Origin: Octopus bimaculoides
Taxonomy: Eukaryota
Length of the DNA: 64,000 nt
Assembly: GCF_001194135.2 (NCBI RefSeq)
Contig: NC_068986.1
Span: forward strand, 26,429,308 to 26,493,307
Direction of reading: 5' to 3'
A model generated the notes under the pieces. The model had not been told where the DNA came from and did no database searches. It worked only from the letters and a program-made list of their open reading frames with translations. Positions 1 to 10,200 of the stretch are shown here, piece by piece. Positions within the stretch are counted from its first letter, which is position 1, and every line of letters starts with the position of its first letter. The position numbers were made by a program, and so were the translations under genes.

Positions 1-200
1 GTGACCTTATTAGGGGCCGTGATTGGTCAGTTTGCGTTCTGGCAGGAACGGTTCGAAGAAGTTGCCCATTCGAATAATGATCAGTCACGTGATGGACAAG
101 GAATGGGTTCTCTACTACGCTCGCATTTATTTATATTTAAATGAGAAGATGTATGTAATGGCGATAGTAGTTTGTATCTAATGGCGGGAGGTAGTTTCAC
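1..200. promoter_or_regulatory. Putative CpG-containing promoter upstream of the TIR gene
   Basis: Local CpG retention; ATTGG (reverse CCAAT) 22-26; GTCACGTGA E-box 84-92; AATGGCG 157-163 and AATGGCGG 180-187 (YY1-like core); a GTAAGT donor follows at 587-592. It could also serve a gene to the left of the window. Confidence 0.45.
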
Positions 201-456
201 TACAAATATGTTTGTGTGTGTGTGTGTGTGTACGTAGTTCATCTGAGACAGTAGTCTACCGTGGAACTTCGAACATTGCTCTGGTCTTTGTGAAAAGCTG
301 TTGTAGACCTTTCTCGTTCGCCGGCCTAGCCTTTCTCCTTTGTCTGTCTGTTGACTACCATATTTATAATAATCGTGGCAGCTAGAAAGACAGACATACT
401 GCAGCAGAGTTTGTACCTAAATATGTTAGCTCCTGTCCATTTGAACTTCACCTGAC

Positions 457-567
457 ATGGCTGAGGTCATAGGTCAAAGGGAGATGATCGATCACTTTTT
501 GACAGGACAAAGAAAACCTGTTTTCGCGCCTGTTGATCGTGGTGGTTTGACGACCGAGAATTCTTAG
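457..567 (+). other. 36-aa small ORF / putative uORF (MAEVIGQREMIDHFLTGQRKPVFAPVDRGGLTTENS)
   Basis: ATG in gacATGG context, open to TAG at 565-567, ending 19 nt before the GTAAGT donor at 587. Confidence 0.3.
464..476 (+). promoter_or_regulatory. Perfect DR1 nuclear-receptor element AGGTCA-T-AGGTCA
   Basis: Exact direct repeat of two AGGTCA half-sites with a 1-nt spacer, read directly from the sequence; function untested. Confidence 0.4.
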
Positions 568-734
568 ATTCGGTTTTTACATATATGTAAGTGGTAGGAC
601 AAGTCTGTATGTACATTAGTATATGCGTGAGTATCTGTATATACAGTTGATACATGGATATGCTATTCTCAACCCTAACTTGGTATGCTTATTCTTGAAA
701 TACCTCGATTCAGTTGGATCCTGCAAATATATAT

Positions 735-1019
735 CATCATCATCATCATCATCGTTTAACATCCGCTTTCCATGCTAGCATGGGTTGGACGATTTGACTG
801 AGGACTGGTGAAACCGGATGGCAACACCAGGCTCCAGTCTGATTTGGCAGAGTTTCTACAGCTGGATGCCCTTCCTAACGCCAACCACTCAGAGAGTGTA
901 GTGGGTGCTTTTACGTGTCACCCGCACGAAAACGGCCACGCTCGAAATGGTGTCTTTTATGTGCCACCCGCACAAGCCAGTCCAGGGGCACTGGCAACGA
1001 TCTCGCTCGAAAATCCTAC
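735..1019 (-). mobile_element. RTE-LINE 3'-tail-derived repeat, young copy
   Basis: (CAT)n-GTTTAAC..TTTCCATGCTAGCATGGGTTGGACG..; near-identical copies at 22333-22630, 48669-48782, 49430-49750 and 57659-57799; runs into an N gap. Confidence 0.75.
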
Positions 1020-1249
1020 NNNNNNNNNNNNNNNNNNNNNNNNNNNNNNNNNNNNNNNNNNNNNNNNNNNNNNNNNNNNNNNNNNNNNNNNNNNNNNNNN
1101 NNNNNNNNNNNNNNNNNNNNNNNNNNNNNNNNNNNNNNNNNNNNNNNNNNNNNNNNNNNNNNNNNNNNNNNNNNNNNNNNNNNNNNNNNNNNNNNNNNNN
1201 NNNNNNNNNNNNNNNNNNNNNNNNNNNNNNNNNNNNNNNNNNNNNNNNN

Positions 1250-1490
1250 AAAGGTCTCGGTCAGTAGTCATCGCCTCGGTGAGGCCCAATGTACGAAGGT
1301 CTTGCCTCACCACCTCAGCCCAGGTCTTCCTGGGCCTACCTCTTCCACGGGTTCCCTCAACTGTTAGGGTGTGGCACTTTTTCACGCAGCTATCCTCATC
1401 CATTCTCACCACATGTCCATACCAGCGCAATCGTCTCTCTTGCACACCACAACTGATGCTTCTAATGTTCAGCTTTTCTCTCAAGATACT
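1250..1490 (-). mobile_element. RTE-clade LINE ORF2 C-terminal fragment
   Basis: Translation VQERRLRWYGHVVRMDEDSCVKKCHTLTVEGTRGRGRPRKTWAEVVRQDL matches the RTE LRWxGHxxRM...GxRxRGRPRxxW motif. Confidence 0.85.
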
Positions 1491-1518
1491 TACATATATA
1501 TATATATATATATACATA

Positions 1519-1900
1519 CAGGGTGGCCCAAAAGTAGGTTTTCAGTTATTCAACAATCTCTTTTGCATTCATATATTATCAGTTCTGATCTTAAGTATAA
1601 AAGAAACATGAAACCATTATTCTATGCTAATTTAGTTAATTTTGTCAAGCTCCTTTTTCAGTTGACTGTAAGAGACTACCTTAACCAAGCTTTTCACAGC
1701 ATTGGTTTGGAAGACGGGGTAGCATCAAATGGCCTCCACATTCACCAATGGATTTTGTGTTTTTTTGGAGTGTTGTAAAGAACAAGGTTTTGAGCCTAGT
1801 TTGGTAAGCTAACAGAGAATGCATTACTTATAAGTAAACCACCTTATGGCACTTATTTAGAACATAAACAGAAAAAAATGTCTTAAACCCTCACCTTTAG
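1519..1900 (+). mobile_element. Degraded Tc1/mariner relic
   Basis: TA|CAGGGTGGCCCAAAAGTAGG terminal motif at 1519; near 1728-1790 it encodes a frameshifted WPPHSP..MDF.FFG..KNKV, the mariner WPPxSPDLxPxDF C-terminal block. The right end is uncertain. Confidence 0.6.
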
Positions 1901-2058
1901 ACCTGGAGGCCAATACCTTATTGATTTAGTCAGCTGTGACTCAATACATGTTTATTAAACATATTAACAACAAAGAATTATGCAATTATGTTATTCTTAA
2001 TTTCTTTAAAGATTTTTCTCTTGTTTTCAGTAAAACCAAAACGTTCGAATGCACAAAT

Positions 2059-2490
2059 ATGACTGGCGTTCCTGAAGGTGATAAGAGTAACAAATATGAT
2101 TGCATTATAGTCTATTGTGAAAAAGATGAAGATGAAGTCAAAAACATACAAAATGAATTGCTAAAAATTGAACTAAATGATGAAAAACCTCTCAATATTG
2201 AACTGGAGGAATATGTTGGAGGTACATCATTTAAACGACCTGAACATTTACAAAAACTTAAAGATAAAGCGTTATTCATTTGTGTTTTAATTTCAGACAC
2301 AATAACTGACATTACTAAACATGAATATCATGAACTCTTAAATGACAACCATGGTAGGATACTGCCAATCCTCTTGCATCCTCGTTGTATGATTTCTGGT
2401 TTCCAAAGTCTTAATTGTATTGATTGGACTAACAAACATAAACTAGACAAATTTAAAAACATTGTCATCAAGAGAAGGAAGAGAGACTAA
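2059..2490 (+). CDS. TIR-domain-only protein, 143 aa, TRAM/TRIF(TICAM)-like
   Basis: Intact ORF with A at -3 of the ATG, downstream of a ttgttttcag acceptor at 2030. TIR topology: bA YDCIIVYC, aA EKDEDEVKNIQNELL, BB loop EEYVGG, bC ALFICVLIS, aC DITKHEYHELL, bD RILPILL, bE LNCIDW; basic tail KRRKR. Upstream coding exons cannot be excluded. Confidence 0.8.
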   Translation: MTGVPEGDKSNKYDCIIVYCEKDEDEVKNIQNELLKIELNDEKPLNIELEEYVGGTSFKRPEHLQKLKDKALFICVLISDTITDITKHEYHELLNDNHGRILPILLHPRCMISGFQSLNCIDWTNKHKLDKFKNIVIKRRKRD

Positions 2491-2601
2491 AATTACTCAT
2501 GAAATACAAAATGAATTGAATAGGTTAAATTTCAAATTAGTTTTCTGTTAGAATTAAGGCAATTTATAGAATAGCAAAAATTAAACTACTCTGGTGAATA
2601 T

Positions 2602-2988
2602 AATACTATATTTAAGAGATGAGGAATTATGTACATTATTTACATTTGTCGGATATTTGACCTCATCTTTGTTGTTACCATGTTTTGGCTGATATACCCT
2701 CCAGCCTTCATCAGGTATCTTGGGGAAATTTCGAACCTGGGTTCTCATTCCTAAGGTATTTTCCGATGTTTTTATTATTATTATTATTATTCAGATCACT
2801 GCCTGGAATCGAACTTGGAATCTTGGGGTTAATAGCCTGCCCTCTTAACCACGACACCATATGCCCGTGGGCATATTGTGTAGTGGCAAATTTCCCAAGA
2901 CACCTGATGAAGACTGGAGGGTATATCAGCTGAAATGTGTTAACAACAAACAAGATGAGGACAAATATCTGTCAAATGTAAATAATGT
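2602..2988. mobile_element. Penelope-like foldback insertion with ~100-bp inverted arms and degenerate hammerhead cores
   Basis: Arms 2633-2730 and ~2888-2988 are reverse complements; each carries CTGATGA-A-G(G/A)CTG-GAGGGTATAT-CAGC(C/T)-(G/A)AAA; flanking direct repeat CTGGTGAATAT at 2591-2601 and 2989-2999; tRNA-like SINE sequence in the spacer. Confidence 0.65.
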
Positions 2989-3929
2989 CTGGTGAATATG
3001 TTTGGAAAGGCTGATTGAGTGAACAAGCTAAAGATGTATAATGAAAAATTTGATGCAAATATATATTACAAAGGAACAAAGAAATGAATACAATACTGTA
3101 TGTCTTATGAACATGTCAATTTTTCTCTATATTAAATGTCTTTAAATACATGTATCAAAAATATATAATCCTCTATATATGTGAATATTATTTCATACTA
3201 TTTTATATTAATTTTCCCATGGTTATATGGACAAGATAGTTTGCACAGAAATTAATCAACCAACCAGGAAAAGTTCTATGACAAGAACACATTCATCAGC
3301 ATACAAAAGCACATGAAGACATCTTATCTTATACATTATGTACACACACACACACACATCCTGACTGAACTGCCCACTCTCTTGGACTTGCATATCTTAA
3401 CCACTTCCAGACCTTTCAGCACCTCTCCTCATCTACATACCAGCACTCTACCTGGAATACCACTGGATCTTCGTACTCTTTTGGACTCTACCTTCATGGA
3501 TCTCACTGGTTTATTTTTGTTTATGTAAATCGCTCTAATCTACCTTGACTTTTGAACTTTCTGAACTCCATACGTTCCTCTTATTTCTTTCTGTTGAAGA
3601 GCATAGTCTTGAAACAAAAGATTTTTTCATTTTTCCCCCAGCATCAAACTAATACACTTGCTTATTGTTCCTTCACCTGTCGTCTTTCTTTTTCTATAAA
3701 TTTGAACCATATATACATAAATATCATTTGCCATCATCATCATTTTTATGTCTAGTTTTCCATGCTTGCAGGAGTTGGACAGAGTTTATTGAGGCAGATT
3801 TTCTATCGTCATATCGATAGAATAAGTACTAGGCTGACAAAGAATAAGTCCTGGAGTCGATTTGTTTAACTAAAGGCAGTGCTCCTGCATGGCTGCAGTC
3901 AAAATGACAACCAAATAAAAGAATATATA

Positions 3930-5460
3930 TACTAGACTACCCATGACTCAGTGGGTCACCAGTAATTCAAGGTACCTGGAAAGTTTGAGTTTCCCATCAA
4001 CGGAGTTTTGTTTCCTGTTCCAGGTCATTTTGCATGCTTTCAACAAATGTGACATTGAAATCATGCAGTAAATGGCTGCTTTCCCCAGAAAAAGAAAGAT
4101 TTTGGCTGCTATTTCTTACATACCCTGCTACAATGTAACAAGTATTTGGGTCCTTTATTGTAAATAGCTGTTATGCAGTAGCAGGGCATGCTAGAAATAG
4201 CAGCCAAATCTTTGGAGGTGAGATACGTTGAATGCACTCGAAAGAAACCTATGGAAAAAAACTATTTCACACTGAGGTTATGAATGGGTCTTTTACTAAA
4301 TATTTATTGTATTTTTAAAGTCATTTTCACTTTAAAATATTTTACCTATTATAATGTGTCTAATGGAAAGGTTAGTTTCTTCCCTCTCAGGGTTATTTTT
4401 GGAGTATTTTCCCATTATGCAGTTTTGGGTATTTATACCCCCAAAACTCCGAATATCTCAATGACCACTGGTCTGATTTATGTGAAACTTGTTTTATTCC
4501 ATTTGCATTCACATTTCAAACTATTTTCCTATTATGCGCCTGTTTGGCTGTGTAACATTGTAAGCAAGCAAGCAAGATTGAAGTTCATTTTTAATGTAAT
4601 ACTAGACTACCCATGACCCATTGGGTCACCGGGAAACTGAGTTTCCTAACAACAGAGTTTTGTTTCATGGGTTTTTTTCGTTTCCAGGTTATTTTGCATG
4701 CTTTCAACGAATGTGACTTTGAAATTATGTCTAAATGGCTCCAGAAAAGGAAAGATTTGGCTGCTATTTCTTGCAAGTCATGCTTCCACATAACAGGTAT
4801 TTTGGGTCCTTTATGGCAAATAACTGTTACGTGGTAGCAGGGCATGCTAGAAATAGTAGCCAAATACTTTGAATGCACTTGAAAAAATTATTTCACACTG
4901 AGGTTACAAATGGGTCTTTTACGAAAAATTTACTGTATTTTTAAAGTAATTTTCACTTTAGAATATTCTTTAAATATGCCAAAAAAAATTTTTGTAATGG
5001 TATTCAGGTGCAAATAATTTTTAAAAAACATTAAAATATTGTCTGATTAAAGAAAGCTAAAATATAAATACTTACTGTACAAACAACTTACATTTTTGAG
5101 ATCACATTCACTTAAAAATATTTCTAAATGATTAACAAAAGCGAAAATAGAAACATTTACTGCAAAAAAAAAAATCGTATTTTTTTTGCTGTCAACTCAC
5201 TGTTTAATTGAAAGGTAAGAGTTTCTTCCCTTTCAGGATGAAGATTATTTTCCCATTAAGCAACATTTTTGGTATTTATACCCCGAAAATGTCTAATATC
5301 TTGAAAAGCACTTTCTTGATTTATGTGAAACTTGTTTCATTTTGTTCCTATTAACATTTCAGTGTAAAATTAATTCATAGTATTTTCCCATTATGCGCTA
5401 GTTTGGCTAAGTAATATTGCAAGCAAGGAAGCAAGATTCATATGGACTTTTAATGTATTA
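3930..5460 (+). repeat. Head-to-tail tandem pair of diverged ~670/860-bp Helitron/HINE-like non-autonomous elements
   Basis: Both units start TACTAGACTACCCATGAC(T/C)CA(G/T)TGGGTCACC (3930, 4600), align over their length, and end with (GCAA)n then TTTTAATGTA. Confidence 0.5.
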
Positions 5461-7259
5461 TATATATATATATAATTCACACACACACACACCAGGCTTT
5501 TTGTGTTTCCTTTTACTAAGTCCAGCACAAGGCTTTGGCTGGCCTGAGGCTATAGTAGAAAATACTTACCCAAGGTACCATGTGGGACTGATTGTAAAAC
5601 CATGTGGTTAGGAAGCAAACTTCTTGGATGAATATATTATTGGAGTCGTTGTTTTACAGACAGTTGCCCTTCGTAGCTCTTATCTTTTTTCTAAGTAAGA
5701 GAGAATTTATTCCACCTGGCTTCAAATACATGAAGTGCTCAGACAATTTGTTGACAGGAGAAACTGACAACACTGTGTTCCACACTTTTGAATGAGCAGT
5801 TGCAGCTGAAAACAAACATACAGGCACTCATATAAACGTACGTACCTGTGTGTGTGTGAGTACACACATACATTAGTTCAGATCTGGAGAATATGGGCCT
5901 TAGTTACCTTCGTGAAGTTAGTTTTCATATCATCCCGTTTTCTAAGGGTTCAATTCCCTTTAAGCTCTCTATAGTTTCTATGGCTGGGTGCTCTTTCTCC
6001 CATGAATAACTTCACAGAGTACAAAGTACATTTTATTATGGCACCAATACAAGAGAGGTTGAATGATTTGACTGAGGACTGGTGAACCAGATGGCTACAC
6101 CAGGCTCCAATCTGATTTGGCAGAGATTCTACAGCTGGATGCCCTTCCTAATGCCAACTACTCAGAGAGTGTAGTGGGTGCTTTTACGTGCCACCGGCAT
6201 GAAGGCCAGTCAGGCGGTACTGGCAACGGCCACGCTCAAAATGGTGTATTTTACACGCCACCTGCACAGGAGCCAGTCCAGCGGCACTGGCAACGATCTC
6301 GTTTGAATGCCGCTGGACATACATATGAGTATTTATATCGTCATCATCCTTTAACGACCGTTTTCCATGCTGGTATGGGTTGGACAGTTTGACCAAAGTT
6401 GGCAATCTGGAGAGATGCACCAGGTTCTATGGGTGGATGCCCTTCATAATACCAACCACTTTACAGTGTGCACTGGGTGCTTTTAATGTGGCACCAGCAC
6501 AAGCACTTCTATGTGATGACAACAGGGGTACTTTATATAACCATCTATCTCTTTATATATATGTAGACACAAAATGAGCTTCCACATAGTTTCCTTCTGC
6601 TAAATTCACTCACAAGGCATTGGTAAGCCCAGGGTTACCATACAAGACACTTGCTCAAGTTGCTGTGCAGTGGAATTGAACCCGAAAGCAAGTAATTTGC
6701 AGATTTCTTAACCACACATCACTTTTTTTTACTATTCATGTTCACTAAGTTCTAAATAAGAGCCATAAGGTGGTTTACTAACTGTTGGGATAGCATATGC
6801 ACATTATAATTAACAGTCATGGGAGTGATGAGGTGTAATTAATTTTTTTTTAATGGAAAGAATTGATAAAATTAGAAAGAATGGAAATTAAAAGACAATT
6901 TTTTTCTTTAAAGTTATATTCAGAAAGGAATCATAAATATTATTTTATTAAATACGTAATTCATTTAAATAATAAGCAAAATTAAAGCTTAATTTAAAAT
7001 GAAATAATCATAACAACTAACAAATGACAAAAATTCCAAAGCACTTTGCAAGAGTTCTTCTGGTCATCAAATGGTTCTGTTCAATATCTTGCTAAACACA
7101 GAGTCTCTAGAAATGCAATCAAACATTAATATACTCAGCACTTTAATGAGACAGCAACCTTCTTGGCCTGAGATTTTGTAGCATTATCTGTAGTGAGAGT
7201 ATGTCGAGTCATGCTAATATAAAGAAACAAAAATACTTGATGAAAGTATGTAATCTAAG

Positions 7260-10200
7260 TTAAGCAGATGCGTCAAAAAATTTATCGATCATTTTGCCAA
7301 CATCTTCTACGGAGTATTTGATATATTTATCAGGATTTTTTGTGAAGTTCAACTGAGTATATTTGTCTCGAAACATTTGGTACATTGGAAGGATGTAATC
7401 TTTGTTTTCTTTCTTTAATGACTGTCTTAAATCGAGGTCTGGAATAGCATAGCTTTTTTGAATGCGGTAAATCTCTTCTAATTCTTTGTTGAAACCCTAG
7501 AAAAGAAAATTTGAAGTAAATTTTGAAGACAGTAATAAAGTACTGCTTTGAGTTACATAGTAAACTTATACACACACACACACAAACACAGATAACACGT
7601 GTGTGTGTGTGTATTTATACATGAATACTCAATTACAAATAGATTTCTTTATTTATGAATAAAAGACTGGGAAGTAGGAAAAACATGGATTATTTAAAAG
7701 AATTTACTGAAATGTGTAAATGTAGTAATTCTAATTAAAGAAATTAAAAAATTCAATTATAGACATTTGTAATCAAGACAGCTTGGATATCAAATAGAGT
7801 ATGTTCCTTTGTACCACTTCAAATTTGTTTAAGTTGTTAGCAATGAAGAAATGAAAATACAAGATTTAATTAAAAAATGTTATTTTCTCTGTTGTAATAT
7901 TTTCCCAACTAATCACTTCATGCTTGTATTTCACTGTTACTGATCAGTCTCCTGGTTTTAGAAGGTTCTCTTAATTGGTTTTCTACCTTCCAACTTGTCA
8001 AAATGAAGTGCATGAATAAATATGGAAATACAAGCATATCTCAGCTTAATGCTGTTTTGAGTTACATCTTTTTTGACTTTGTCATTTTTTTAACCCTTTA
8101 GCATTCAAACCAGCCACATCAGGCCCAAATATTCTACATATTTTGTGTTCAAACTGACCAGATCAGACCTCTCATAACTAACCAGCAAAGTCATTCTAAA
8201 AGTAAACAAACACGTCACTGAAATCTTGAAGCTACAAGATAATGTATGATAAATTTAAAACAAAGTGACAGACATTAGAATAAATAAGCATTCTGTTTGA
8301 CAGAATAATCTGAATGCTACAGAAATTAATTGGAAAAATAACCTTCAACTCCAGTTGATTTATCCAACTTTATGTTGATCTCAGTGAACATATTTTAAAA
8401 ACATAAAAATTGTAAAGCCACTTAAAAACCAATACTAAAGTGGAAAATCATAAAATATATGTGGAAATATATGCAACCCTTTTTTAAAAACAAATATAGG
8501 AATCAGTTCACCAACTGCAAAGATAAATATTTTGAAAAATAAATGTACTTACAGTAAACTTATCTTTAATATTTTGTCTTTCTTTATCTTTTAGCTGAAA
8601 TGAATTATAAATGAATTAATTACATGATTAAAAATGAAAATAAAAATTTAATACTGTGAGAAACTGTGTTTTATGTTTTATGTATGCTTGTGCCATATTT
8701 TTCAGTTTTTCACAGAAACTTAACAAAAATCTATTATAGAGTAATTCCAAAATATTTATTAACCAAGCACAAAGAAGTCAGACTACAATGTATGTGCACG
8801 TGTTTCTTTATTAAATAAGTGACAAATATCACCACTGGAATGAAAATGATAAACAAGATTTTTAAAATCATTCTTCTCCAATAAAATATAATAAAAATGT
8901 TCCAGCTCCATGACAACAAGGTATTTTAATATTAATTTCAAATTTTGGTACAGGGCCGCAGTTTTTGAGGGAAGGGTAAAGATGATTACATCAACCCTAA
9001 TACTTGACTGGTACTAACTTTATCAACCCCTAAAGGACAAAAGACATAGTTGACCTCAATGGAACTTGAACTCAGAAAGTGAAGACATATGAAATGCCAC
9101 TAAGTATTTTGTCTGGCATGCAAATGGTTCTACCAACTTGCTACCTTAAGGTATTTTCATATTAAAACTGTTATATTTTGGCCAGGCATGAATATATTTA
9201 TATTGATTGTCATTAGACATGGACAAAACAACAAAACATCAATAGTGAGAAAACATTTTAAGGCTTTCTCAAGTTTAATGACACAAATTATTAGTAATGA
9301 CTATGAATTACCTTAGCTAGTTCTGGTTGCTGTGCTCGTTGAACAGAAATTGGTTTGTGAACTTCCAAAATATAATGTAGAACTCGGCTCCAACTAAAAA
9401 CAAAGAAAATAAACTTTAAAAATCCAGTAATAATGTAAAACATAAAGTGGAGAAAATATTTTTTAAAATTATTTTTAAATCAATTAAAGATTCTGTAACA
9501 ATTTTCAGCATAGTATACCCCCAAAAGCATCCAGTCCACTTTGTAACATGGTTGGCATTAGGAAGGGCATCCAGCCACAAAACCCATGCTAAAACAGACA
9601 GTGAAATCTGATGCAGTCCTCTGGCTTGCCAGCTCCTGTCAAACCATTCAACTCATGCCAGCATGAAAGATAGATATTAAATAATGATAATGATGAAAAA
9701 AGAACAAAACCTTTTGTTATGTATCTCACTTGTAAAGGTACATTTATAAAGCATTTAGTGTTTGGTACTGCTCCTCTAAGTCAATCTCAGACACCACAGT
9801 CTCTCTAGCTATAGTTTGTACTAAAGTTTAACTGAAAAATCCATTAATGAAGCTGATGGGTGCAAAGGACTTCCACTGAACCCCAAACCTCTTTAGCACA
9901 AAGCTAGTGAGAGATTACCTGGATAGCACACTTCTTTATTCTATCAACTTTATATTAGGTACAATGATTGACATGGTACACAGGCCATTAATTGCAGCAT
10001 CGGTGAAGCATTGTTCTATCATGTTTTTCAAAGTTAATAACCACTTAGAGCCATTACCATTCACAAGAATCTTGTGGCCATTGAGGTTTATATCCTTGTC
10101 TGCTCTCAAAGTAGAAGCAATGCTAACAGGATAAGATTCATTAGAAATTCTTAGCTATAGTCTCTTACTTGAAGAAACTGGGAAGACATCAGTATCAGTT

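Noticed and set aside
1936-2058. N-terminal 41 codons of the 184-aa ORF in the track
   Set aside because: GTG start in AT-rich sequence ending in a polypyrimidine-AG acceptor at 2030; treated as intron, with the likely start at ATG 2059.
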